Positions 21,249 through 29,486 of a stretch of DNA of 38,640 nucleotides are shown here, one piece after another. Source of the stretch: a virus (Duplodnaviria > Heunggongvirae > Uroviricota > Caudoviricetes); IMG/VR virus record IMGVR_UViG_2671180892_000010; one strand, 5' to 3'. The notes under the pieces were generated by a model, which saw only the letters and a program-made list of their open reading frames with translations, was not told the origin of the DNA and made no database searches. The stretch's first letter is position 1, and every line of letters begins with the position of its first letter. Position numbers and translations under genes: made by a program.

Positions 21249-21776
21249 CTAGAGACTCTCTCCTTCCTCATCAGGAATTAATTCAGCAGCACAAGCCTCG
21301 TAGGATTTTTCCTGAAGAGTGTATCGCAGGTCATCAATGGCCTGCTGTACAACGCCGACGGCCTGAGGAGTCAGGGCGCAATCGCGTTCAAGAACATCCG
21401 GAATTGTCTCCAGAACCTGGACGACAGCCTTTCTCATGGACGAATAGACGATGACTACTTCATCAACGGGGATGAGTTTTCGCTGCTCCTTTTCCAGCTT
21501 GATCCTTTCATTTTCAGATTGGTACCAGTCCTTTCTCTCTTTCGGCTCCATACGGGATGGATCATGAACAGAGTCTGCTGCCTCATGCTTCACACTAAAC
21601 AGGGCTGGCCCGACATGCTGCAGGGCGTAAACGGGGTTTCCCCTGATAGTCGCAGCCACAGGAGTGTTGGCCGCGAGGAGCCGTTTTTTTACTGTGTCCC
21701 GGTGAAGCCCAAAGGCCTCAGCGATTTTAAAAACACTCCAGTAATAAGCATCACCGATCCCGCTCACATTTGACAT
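21249..21776 (-). CDS. terminase small subunit (Nu1-like)
   Basis: MSNVSGIGDAYYWSVFKIAEAFGLHRDTVKKRL... helix-turn-helix N-terminus, directly upstream of the large subunit. The ORF track starts at 21806; the ATG at 21776 has the better RBS. Confidence 0.7.
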   Translation of the reverse strand: MSNVSGIGDAYYWSVFKIAEAFGLHRDTVKKRLLAANTPVAATIRGNPVYALQHVGPALFSVKHEAADSVHDPSRMEPKERKDWYQSENERIKLEKEQRKLIPVDEVVIVYSSMRKAVVQVLETIPDVLERDCALTPQAVGVVQQAIDDLRYTLQEKSYEACAAELIPDEEGESL

Positions 21777-21949
21777 AAGCAACTCCATCTGGCAGGTGAA
21801 AATCATGTTTATTTATATATTTCAATTAATTGCAAACTGGTCTAATGACAGGGAGAAAAAAATATTGTACAGGTGAAAAGAGAAATAACTTTTAATTATC
21901 AATAAATTACCAAACATGCTGCCGCCGCCATGGAAATGCAAAAACTAGC

Positions 21950-21980
21950 CTTTTTCCGCGACGCTCCCGCCCCGTGGCAG
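21950..21980 (-). other. candidate cos site (cosN-like)
   Basis: Minus strand reads CCACGGGGCGGGAGCGTCGCGGAAAAAGG, resembling the lambda cohesive end region ACGGGGCGGCGACCTCGCGGGTTTTCG, about 180 bp upstream of the small terminase gene. Confidence 0.45.
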
Positions 21981-22143
21981 GCCACCCCACCGGGAGGACC
22001 CGTCAGCCTGACAGCTCTGACGAACGTCTGATACAACGCCTTGCATGAATGGCATCGGGATAATCCAGAAAGGCATAGCATCGTGCCCACAAGAATCTGT
22101 GTAAGTGTCCTGTTTCTTCCACCCACGCACAGGACTGGCGAGC

Positions 22144-22320
22144 ATGAGGGACAAACCCGCGAACCATAAACGCGGTAAAAACCCGGTGTGCATCGTTTTT
22201 GATTATTCCCGCACACTCGCGCAGAAGGAGTTCCCCGTCGGGCTACGGTCTCTGTTAATACGGGAATACGGCGACGATACAGCGCATGATGTGTCAGGCT
22301 TGAATACCTTTATCCGTTAA
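22144..22320 (+). CDS. hypothetical small protein, reverse-oriented moron between Rz and cos
   Basis: 58 aa from the ATG at 22144 (MRDKPANHKRGKNPVCIVFDYSRT...), AGGA RBS 9 nt upstream, own terminator downstream; same slot and orientation as lambda bor but not Bor-like. Confidence 0.3.
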   Translation: MRDKPANHKRGKNPVCIVFDYSRTLAQKEFPVGLRSLLIREYGDDTAHDVSGLNTFIR

Positions 22321-22369
22321 AAGGGATATCAGTTAAGCTATCCCGTGTAGGGTATAAGCCATTATCAAA

Positions 22370-22393
22370 GCCACTCTGTAGGGAGTGGCTTTT
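22370..22393 (+). terminator. intrinsic terminator after the small plus-strand ORF
   Basis: GCCACT-ctgtaggg-AGTGGC followed by TTTT. Confidence 0.5.
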
Positions 22394-22601
22394 GTAATGG
22401 CAATAAAAAGCCCCGCGAATGCGAGGCTAAATCCTGGTATTTGTAATGACTGGCTCTTATCTCAACGCAGCCCCTTACCGCGCGCAAGATGCTCAATATC
22501 AAGCATCAGCAATGAGATGTTTAATCTGGATTCACTCCAGAAGTGATCACCATCCTGTCTACAGAGCCAGATGTGAAGGATGATGAGTAAAATTATCGCT
22601 A

Positions 22602-23069
22602 TCATCGAAGGCATTGCGTCCTGATGTATTCCTGAAGCGTTCTCAGTGCTGTTTGGTCGCGGATAATTCCGTCCCGGATACCGAGAACGTTTCGTCCAGC
22701 AACTGGAGAGAGTTCGACGGTGGCATCATTGCCCATGCCGGAGGCGCTGGAGGTTTCGGCTGAGGATGGCACAGGGCATTTTCCTTTGACGAACACCCGA
22801 CCACCATTATCAAGCTTGCGCCGAAGAGCATCATTTTCAGCTTTCGCATCAGCTAACTCCTTCGTGTATTTAGCATCGAGTGCATCAGCAGAACGCTGGC
22901 GCTGCTGCATGTCAGTAATGGTGGCGGTCGCCTGCTTCAGCTCACTGACTTTTTTATCTCGCTGTTCTTTGTAGGCGATGGCGTTATCACGGTAATGATT
23001 GACCGCCCACGACAGGCAGACGATGATGCAGATAACCAGAGCGGAGATAATCGCGGTTACTCTGCTCAT
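22602..23069 (-). CDS. Rz: i-spanin Rz
   Basis: [40 protein letters not shown]..., near-identical to the lambda Rz N-terminus; ATG overlaps the endolysin stop. Confidence 0.9.
   Translation of the reverse strand: MSRVTAIISALVICIIVCLSWAVNHYRDNAIAYKEQRDKKVSELKQATATITDMQQRQRSADALDAKYTKELADAKAENDALRRKLDNGGRVFVKGKCPVPSSAETSSASGMGNDATVELSPVAGRNVLGIRDGIIRDQTALRTLQEYIRTQCLR
22643..22849 (-). CDS. Rz1: o-spanin Rz1, embedded in the +1 frame of Rz
   Basis: [44 protein letters not shown]: lipobox VVGC followed by a Pro-rich segment, wholly inside Rz. Confidence 0.8.
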   Translation of the reverse strand: MRKLKMMLFGASLIMVVGCSSKENALCHPQPKPPAPPAWAMMPPSNSLQLLDETFSVSGTELSATKQH

Positions 23070-23563
23070 TGTTGCCCCCACAAACAGACTTCACGCTCAA
23101 TCTCACGACGAGTCATCAGGCCTTTCCATTGCTTACCGCCAGCGTATATCCAGCGACGTAGCTGGTCACATGCGCCTTTGATATCGCCCTGGTTTATTTT
23201 GCGAAGAAGCGTCGATGTTCTGAAATTGCCAGCACCCACGTTGTAGACGAACGAGTAAAGAGCGCCGCGCGTTGTTTCCGGTATATCGACTTTGATGTAC
23301 GGGTTAATTTGTCTGGCAACCGTGGCAAGGTCTTTATTCAGGAGGGCTTTGCATTCTGCTTCGGTATACGTTTTACCGAGCATGATGTCTTTTCCGGTGT
23401 GTCCGTGACATACAGTCCATACGCCAACGATATCTTTGTATGGTATGTAGCTGACACCTTCCAGGCCATCGTCACCACTTGGGCCAGTGATTAACACTGA
23501 TGCTATAGCAATTGCTCCGCCACCAATAGCAGCAGCAACTGCTTTTCGTAATGATGGAGGCAT
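23066..23563 (-). CDS. SAR (signal-arrest-release) endolysin, lysozyme family
   Basis: N-terminal Gly/Ala-rich weakly hydrophobic segment [20 protein letters not shown], then a lysozyme E/D/T catalytic region; phage 21 R-like. Confidence 0.85.
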   Translation of the reverse strand: MPPSLRKAVAAAIGGGAIAIASVLITGPSGDDGLEGVSYIPYKDIVGVWTVCHGHTGKDIMLGKTYTEAECKALLNKDLATVARQINPYIKVDIPETTRGALYSFVYNVGAGNFRTSTLLRKINQGDIKGACDQLRRWIYAGGKQWKGLMTRREIEREVCLWGQQ

Positions 23564-23778
23564 TATTCACCTCTCGCAGCCTTGCGCTTATCTTCTTTAA
23601 TCTTGAAATAAAGGTTTGTCAGGTACGTCAGCAGGCCAAATACCAGGCTACCCAGCACACCTATTGCTGCCCACTGTGAGGGCGTGACTTTATCGAGCAG
23701 CTGTAAAAACCAGTAACCGGCACTACCTGCTGAGGTGCCATAGGCGACACCCGTTGTTAACTTATCCATGGATTTCAT
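23563..23778 (-). CDS. pinholin (S21-like) with dual-start motif
   Basis: [71 protein letters not shown], close to phage 21 S; M-K-S-M dual start; GAGGTGGGG RBS. Confidence 0.85.
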
Positions 23779-23815
23779 AACCCCACCTCGCAGATGCGGG
23801 TGCTGTGTAATGGAA

Positions 23816-23839
23816 ATAAAAAGGCCACCTGACGTGGCC
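23816..23839 (-). terminator. intrinsic terminator between the methyltransferase and the holin
   Basis: Minus-strand GGCCAC-GTCAG-GTGGCC followed by TTTTTATTT. Confidence 0.55.
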
Positions 23840-23845
23840 ACCAAA

Positions 23846-24898
23846 TTATTTCCCCACCAGCTCGTTTATCTCTTTCACTGTCTGGTTAAACCGCTCTGAC
23901 TCAAGCTCAACACCTAAGGCCCGACGCCCCAGCGCCATTGCTGCTTTTATTGTGGAACCGGATCCCATAAAAAAATCAGCAACCAGATCACCAGGTCGAC
24001 TACTGGCATTGATTATTTGCCTGAGCATATCCGCCGGTTTCTCACACGGATGTTTACCCGGGTAGAACTGAACGGGTTTATGCATCCAGACATCGGTATA
24101 AGGCACGGAGACTGATACGGAGAAATAGCGCCGGAGAGATTTAAACTCATCCAGCAATTCAGAATATTTGCGATTCAGTGAATCATAAGATGCCACCAGC
24201 TGGTGGTGTGGTTGTTCCAGTTGTTGTTCCTGAAACTTCTCTGCCGCTATACGGGAAAACAGTGCCTGTAACTTCCGATAGTCAGCCTCATTCGGCAACT
24301 GCCACTGACTGGCACCAAACCAGTGGGAAACCATATTTTTCTTACCTGTGGCTTCGGCAATTTGTTTTGCCGTTATACCCAGTTCGGCACGAGCATCCCT
24401 GAAATACGAAATCAGCGGTGCCATTATGTGCTGTTTGAGTTCCCTTTCTTTTGCCGCATAGCCGTCACTTTTGCCGCGATATGGCCCCTGGTAATGTTCA
24501 GCAAACAGAACGCGCTCTGTGGCTGGAAAATATGCACGCAGACTTTCTTTATTACACCCATTCCAACGTCCGGACGGCTTCGCCCAGATGATATGGTTAA
24601 GCACGTTGAAACGTTCACGCATCATGATCTCAATATCAGATGCCAGGCGATGCCCACAGAACAGGTAAAGGCTTCCGGCAGGTTTTAACACCCGCCAGAA
24701 CTGGGCCAGACAGTGGTCCAGCCACTTAAGGTAATCTTCGTCCCCTTTCCACTGATTGTCCCAGCCGTTGGGTTTCACCTTGAAGTACGGCGGATCGGTA
24801 ACAATCAGGTCAATGGAATCATCAGGCAGGGACTGAATAAAATGCAGGCAATCAGCGTTGATTAAATCAACACTGTTTATTTTTACAGTATTTTTCAT
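23846..24898 (-). CDS. orphan DNA methyltransferase, beta class (N6-adenine or N4-cytosine)
   Basis: 350 aa; catalytic motif IV DPPY (IVTDPPYF) near the N-terminus and SAM-binding motif I (FMGSGST) near the C-terminus; no restriction enzyme partner nearby. Confidence 0.85.
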
Positions 24899-25048
24899 GG
24901 ATCAGTAAGCGTAACTCTGGTAGGCTCACTCTGCTTTTGCGCTAAAGCAGTGGGCCGTGGTTCGCTTGTGACCAGTAAGCATGAGCGAATGGCTGGCAGG
25001 TGCTACCAACACCCACCAGCCGCCCATTTTCACAGCAGGAAACCGCCA

Positions 25049-25276
25049 TTACTGGCAGCGTCTGAATTTATTCCCGTACCCGCCGTTATCCTTCGCCAGA
25101 CCCGCCAGAACTAACTGAGTCAGTATTAACTGGCACCGGGCTTCGCTTACTCCGGTAGTTCTCGTCATCATGCGTGGCGTTACCCACTTGTCAGCAGGTA
25201 AGAAATGAAGGACTGCGGCGGCGGTTTCTGTCATATCTTGCTGTTTTAGCATGTCTTTTTCCCTTCTGGTTAACAT
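25049..25276 (-). CDS. hypothetical small protein (possible winged helix)
   Basis: 75 aa ORF; the internal ATG at 25252 has the better RBS (AAGGGA); lies between the lipoprotein moron and the methyltransferase. Confidence 0.4.
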   Translation of the reverse strand: MLTRREKDMLKQQDMTETAAAVLHFLPADKWVTPRMMTRTTGVSEARCQLILTQLVLAGLAKDNGGYGNKFRRCQ

Positions 25277-25373
25277 GACATACCAATAACTCTTGTCTAA
25301 AAAGCCAGCAAGATAAAAAGTCAGTATTCACGACCACCAGCGTGTTTACTGTACTGCACCAAGTTTACGGGTA

Positions 25374-25399
25374 CAAAAAACCCGCTCAGTGGCGGGTTG
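25374..25399 (-). terminator. intrinsic terminator downstream of the lipoprotein gene
   Basis: AAAAAACCCGC-tcagtg-GCGGGTT; the minus-strand transcript gets hairpin plus U-run. Confidence 0.7.
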
Positions 25400-25475
25400 C
25401 TATCACAGCTATATATTTACTTATTATGCCGTTACTAACATTTATCTTCGACATATAATCGAAAACAAGGTTTGC

Positions 25476-25901
25476 TTAAAACTCTGCTTTCATTTTATCC
25501 GGGAATTTTTTATTTGCAGCATAATAACTACCAAGTACATAAGCGTTCATTTGCTGCTCTACATCAACCCGACATGCCGCACTAGAACAAGCTCCACTGA
25601 TAAGCCCAAAAGAACTCCCTTTAGCAGAGAGATCAGCTTTGATTTCCTCTACAGTGTTTTTCCCCATAGCAACTACACACCCTGTCACAATATATCTAGC
25701 TTTCACATCATCCATGCTAAGGATAGTAGTTTTCGCAATTTTGCTGTATCCATCATTTTTATAAACATCCATGGCAAACGCACGGCAATCTGTATAATAC
25801 GGACTTGCTTTAACTTGCGAATACTCAGGTAATTTCATACCTGCACAACCAACTAAACAAAAACCTATCGCTGCTATTAATACCTTTTTCATTACAGTCA
25901 T
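25476..25901 (-). CDS. lipoprotein of unknown function (late-operon moron)
   Basis: MTVMKKVLIAAIGFCLVGCAG...: signal peptide with lipobox LVGC; the gene and its flanks are visibly AT-rich compared with the neighbouring phage genes. Confidence 0.7.
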   Translation of the reverse strand: MTVMKKVLIAAIGFCLVGCAGMKLPEYSQVKASPYYTDCRAFAMDVYKNDGYSKIAKTTILSMDDVKARYIVTGCVVAMGKNTVEEIKADLSAKGSSFGLISGACSSAACRVDVEQQMNAYVLGSYYAANKKFPDKMKAEF

Positions 25902-26050
25902 AACCTAGAAGCATCATTGAAACTAATTTATTAAATAACCATCGAGTTTCTGGAATACAGACGTTAACCATCTCTCCAAAATCTAAAAGATAATAAGAAA
26001 AAATGTTTAACGCACCAATCCATTTCATAGTTTCATGAGACATCAGGCAC

Positions 26051-26078
26051 AAAAAAACCCGCTCAGCGGCGGGTTTTT
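26051..26078 (-). terminator. tR'-like terminator downstream of the Q-dependent late promoter (bidirectional hairpin)
   Basis: AAAAAAACCCGC-tcagcg-GCGGGTTTTT, nearly identical to the hairpin at 25374..25399. Confidence 0.7.
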
Positions 26079-26121
26079 GACATTTACCAACGGTAGACAT
26101 ACAAGGCCCATCGTTGAGAAA

Positions 26122-26150
26122 ATCTTATCCATATTTTTTGAAAAATGCAA
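26122..26150 (-). promoter_or_regulatory. candidate late promoter PR'
   Basis: Minus-strand TTGCAT, 17-nt spacer, TAAGAT, about 35 nt after the Q stop and about 45 nt before the tR'-like hairpin. Confidence 0.35.
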
Positions 26151-26181
26151 GTATCACGTCGACATCTTCGGCGAAAATTAT

Positions 26182-26934
26182 CTATCTTGTCACTTTTCTC
26201 AATTGCGATTCAGCATACGCTTCTTCCTGCCAGCACTTTGTAACCAGTTTATTAATAACGTCTGCATATCCTTTGTACCACTGATAATCCGTCAGGTCCG
26301 GTACCAGTTTCTGGACATGATGCCGCGCCAGTGTGGTTGGTAAACGGCTAAACCGGTTGCCATTGCAACGCCCACAAATCTTATAAACAGGCACACCATG
26401 AAGCTGGGTTCTTTTTTCATCCAGGACAATACCTTTACCCTTACACCCTCTGCACGCTGTGCTGACTTCTCCCTTACCATGGCAATGCTGACATAGTTCC
26501 TTCACCCACTCTTCCTTGATAACAGATTCCCCGCTTCTGGAGTGTTTCACCACTTCGCGCAATACATTATGAAATCCAGTACCAGCACAATGCTCACAGC
26601 GAGCCTTACTTGCCGCAGACCTGGAATAATCAGCAAAGGCAAAATTCACAAGGTAAGGGATGATCTGTAACCGGGTTTCTTCACTCAATTTGTTCAATGT
26701 CGGGTTATCCAGTGCCATCGCGTAATTGAGCAGACCTTCAATCGCAAATTGAGGATCCTGAACACCAACTTTTGCCAGGAATAAGGCAAACCCAAGCGGT
26801 GCTTTCGACTGCACCATCCCCTGCGCAGCCATCACATCCGTAATCGTTAAACCACCTGAGCCTGTCGCCGGTGCGTCATCGCTCAATTTTGGAGATTTTG
26901 GGGAGTAATATTTTGGTAAGGCTTCAAGGTTCAT
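26182..26934 (-). CDS. Q: late antitermination protein Q
   Basis: MNLEALPKYYSPKSPKL... with Cys-rich zinc-binding motifs (CEHCAGTG, CQHCHGKG, CRGCKGKG, CGRCNG); sits immediately upstream of the late promoter/terminator pair. Confidence 0.8.
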   Translation of the reverse strand: MNLEALPKYYSPKSPKLSDDAPATGSGGLTITDVMAAQGMVQSKAPLGFALFLAKVGVQDPQFAIEGLLNYAMALDNPTLNKLSEETRLQIIPYLVNFAFADYSRSAASKARCEHCAGTGFHNVLREVVKHSRSGESVIKEEWVKELCQHCHGKGEVSTACRGCKGKGIVLDEKRTQLHGVPVYKICGRCNGNRFSRLPTTLARHHVQKLVPDLTDYQWYKGYADVINKLVTKCWQEEAYAESQLRKVTR

Positions 26935-26947
26935 GCTCGTTCTCCAC

Positions 26948-27943
26948 TTACGCCAGTACGCCAATTGCCAGCGCACGATCGATAAAACGAAATATCAGCT
27001 CCAGCTGGGAGCCATACTTCTCTTCAAATGCCACGGTATCCGCATGCAGCTCGTCGTGATGCTTTCTGCACAAAGGCAACACAAAGAGGTCATGCGCTTT
27101 TGTACCCATTCCACCCTGACCGTGGCCTATCAGGTGGTGGGGATCATCAGCAGGCTTTCCACAACATGCACACGGCTGTGTCTTAACCCAGCGCGTGTAC
27201 TTTTCATTAACCCAGCGGCGGCGTTTTGGGCGTAACATAAAAGACTCCGGCGACTCCGGATCCACTTTCAGCGCCAGCACCTTTTTTGCCTTATCCTGGA
27301 TGATGCTGGTGGCAGGAACCGAAGGCACAAGGTCACTTTCCCGGGTGACAGACGGCACAACAGGCTTTGGTAATCTCAGTGCCTTACGGGCTGCACTTTC
27401 CGGTAAGGCATCCGCCAGGTCATTACGAATCAGCCACCAGCACAGTTCCGGCATTGTCACAACGTGACTATCATCAAAACCGAGATCCCGACGCACAACA
27501 GACAACACCCAGCGGGCACAGTTATCCGTTGCCATTGATTCCAGCCGTTCCGTGAACTGATCGCGCAGCTGGTTATCGCAGTGCCAGCACAGACGGATTG
27601 CGCCCGGAGCGTGTCGCATTGTGGTCATGTTCTCGCTGTGCCAGTCGGAATGAGGCCACTGGCAGCCTTTTTCACGACGTAACCAGCTTTCAAGACATTC
27701 CACGCCACCAGCACGACGGATCACTGCCTCATTGCGGAACACGGCCCGAACGGCAGGATCATCCGCCAGCGGTTGTGATGCCGCCGGAACGGCACCACTG
27801 GCGAAAGATGAATAACGTTCCGGCTCAGGCTCCAGCAGAACACGCCCCTGCATAAACAGGGGCATCAGCTCTGAACCTGGCCTGAACAATACGATCCCCA
27901 TACGCGGGGCAATTTCAGGGGTCAGTAGTGCTCTCACGGTCAC
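26948..27943 (-). CDS. DUF968-type protein with HNH-like zinc finger
   Basis: 331 aa; C-terminal ...QPCACCGKPADDPHHLIGHGQGGMGTKAHDLFVLPLCRKHHDELH... Confidence 0.65.
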   Translation of the reverse strand: MTVRALLTPEIAPRMGIVLFRPGSELMPLFMQGRVLLEPEPERYSSFASGAVPAASQPLADDPAVRAVFRNEAVIRRAGGVECLESWLRREKGCQWPHSDWHSENMTTMRHAPGAIRLCWHCDNQLRDQFTERLESMATDNCARWVLSVVRRDLGFDDSHVVTMPELCWWLIRNDLADALPESAARKALRLPKPVVPSVTRESDLVPSVPATSIIQDKAKKVLALKVDPESPESFMLRPKRRRWVNEKYTRWVKTQPCACCGKPADDPHHLIGHGQGGMGTKAHDLFVLPLCRKHHDELHADTVAFEEKYGSQLELIFRFIDRALAIGVLA

Positions 27944-27944
27944 C

Positions 27945-28754
27945 TCAATGAACGGTATCGAGCAGCTTTAACAGCTCAGGGAATCGGGATTCGAAGAAAT
28001 GCGGCTGCGTCTCGCGCGGATTTGCAGGACTGGTGATGTTCTTGCCGAACATGCAGCCTTTCGCCGTCAGCGACCAGAATTTTTTGATGTTGTTAATCGC
28101 GGTACGGCTGTATCGTTCGCGTTGTTCAACGATCCCCAGCTTCACCATCTGGTGATATGCCTGATTAGCCGTCAGGCGGATACCATACTGCTTCAGCAGT
28201 GCACTCAGCGACAGCGTGGGGCGACTTGAGCCATCAGGCGCGTCAGCAGGAGCATCAATGGCATAGCGCGGTGCCAGATTCGGTAAGCCAACAGCCTCCT
28301 GAAGCTTCTGACAGGCTCCAAGCACTGATGAGTTAGACAGATTTAATTCCCGGCGCATAAAGTCCAGCAGGATCACGCCAGCCTGCATCTTGTCAGCAGC
28401 CTGTCCGGATAATTTTTCCGGTGCGCTGGTTACCATGTCGAAAGTACGGATCACCTTCAGATGGAATGACGGGCTGATCCACATTGCATAGGCATACACC
28501 AGTTCTTTGCAGACATACGTCCCCTGGTTATTTCCGCCATTAATGACGCTAACTGGTTGATTTTGTTCCAGAGGCGGAATTCCACCCTCGGTGAAAAGTT
28601 GTTCAATCAATTCACAGGTTTGCTTATTGGAGAGCCAGTATTTCGGGCGGTTTTTTTGTTCTCCCCCGGCTGCCCTGTGCAGATCGTTCAGGCTGTAACG
28701 CCCATAAGCATCACGACGAACTTCAATACCATCAATGACCATCAGATTATTCAT
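27945..28754 (-). CDS. KilA-N domain protein
   Basis: MNNLMVIDGIEVRRDAYGRYSLNDLHRAAGGEQKNRPKYWLSNKQTCELIEQL..., typical KilA-N N-terminus. Confidence 0.7.
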   Translation of the reverse strand: MNNLMVIDGIEVRRDAYGRYSLNDLHRAAGGEQKNRPKYWLSNKQTCELIEQLFTEGGIPPLEQNQPVSVINGGNNQGTYVCKELVYAYAMWISPSFHLKVIRTFDMVTSAPEKLSGQAADKMQAGVILLDFMRRELNLSNSSVLGACQKLQEAVGLPNLAPRYAIDAPADAPDGSSRPTLSLSALLKQYGIRLTANQAYHQMVKLGIVEQRERYSRTAINNIKKFWSLTAKGCMFGKNITSPANPRETQPHFFESRFPELLKLLDTVH

Positions 28755-28773
28755 ACTTCGTTTCTCCTCTTGA

Positions 28774-29163
28774 TCAGGCGGCTGCACCCGCCGGTTTCTC
28801 ATACTTACTGATAGTGATCTCGACCTTCCCTTTCTGGATAACCGGTCCCCACTCCACCAGCATTCTTTTCACCTGGCTGTCGTCTTCCCACACCCCCGCG
28901 TGGGTCAGGGCGTCAAACAGCGCCTTGTTATAGTTGTCCAGATCGCGGATCCGGTTATCCGGAGGAAACAACACGATCTCCACTGAAGCAGGTGCCGACG
29001 TTGGTTTTGGCAGACGACGTAACTGCTCAACTATTGCTGCGCACGCCGCGCTCTGGAATTTGCGCCCCGCCGCGCTTATCAGGCTTTTACCAGCAAACGC
29101 CCCTTTATTAGGGTGTCGCCAGTACGTATTCACGCTGGGCGGGAAAGGTAGGATCAGTTTCAT
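28774..29163 (-). CDS. rusA: Holliday junction resolvase RusA
   Basis: 129 aa, MKLILPFPPSVNTYWRHPNKG... ...DLDNYNKALFDALTHAGVWEDDSQV..., RusA family. Confidence 0.88.
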   Translation of the reverse strand: MKLILPFPPSVNTYWRHPNKGAFAGKSLISAAGRKFQSAACAAIVEQLRRLPKPTSAPASVEIVLFPPDNRIRDLDNYNKALFDALTHAGVWEDDSQVKRMLVEWGPVIQKGKVEITISKYEKPAGAAA

Positions 29164-29486
29164 ACTTTCAGGCCTCTCTCATGTAACCAGTGGGTTGCAC
29201 GCAGCCTGGCGTTTTCCTCACCGGCAAGCAGTGAGCGGATAATCCCGACCGCCTCGCTGTCGTCGTCCTTCACCGCGGTATGAAGCGTTATCCCCCGGGC
29301 CACGCCACGCTTTATCGTGATGACGCCTTTTTTCTCCAGTGCGCGAAGATGCTCCACCGCTGCATTCACTGAACGGTATCCCAGCATGGTTGCCACCTCC
29401 TGATTGGTTGGCGGGAAGCCACGTTCTTTCTGGTAAGAAATCAGCATATCCAGCACCTGCTGCTGGCATTGAGTTAACGTCGTCAT
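29160..29486 (-). CDS. LexA N-terminal DNA-binding-domain protein lacking the S24 peptidase domain
   Basis: MTTLTQCQQQVLDMLISYQKERGFPPTNQEVATMLGYRSVNAAVEHLRALEKKGVITIKRGVARGITL aligns with E. coli LexA residues 1-70; the remaining ~40 aa carry no Ser/Lys peptidase motifs. Confidence 0.6.
   Translation of the reverse strand: MTTLTQCQQQVLDMLISYQKERGFPPTNQEVATMLGYRSVNAAVEHLRALEKKGVITIKRGVARGITLHTAVKDDDSEAVGIIRSLLAGEENARLRATHWLHERGLKV

Noticed and set aside
21899-22216. Minus-strand ORFs of 105 and 82 aa between cos and Rz
   Set aside because: Cys/Arg-rich, no RBS, and they overlap the candidate cos region and the more plausible plus-strand small ORF.
24899-25048. Possible tRNA gene between the methyltransferase and the small ORF (Stx phages often carry tRNAs near here)
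   Set aside because: No cloverleaf-compatible sequence or GTTCRA T-loop motif found on either strand.
25825-26100. 91-aa minus-strand ORF
   Set aside because: Spans the tR'-like terminator hairpin and overlaps the lipoprotein start in another frame; more likely promoter/terminator DNA than coding.
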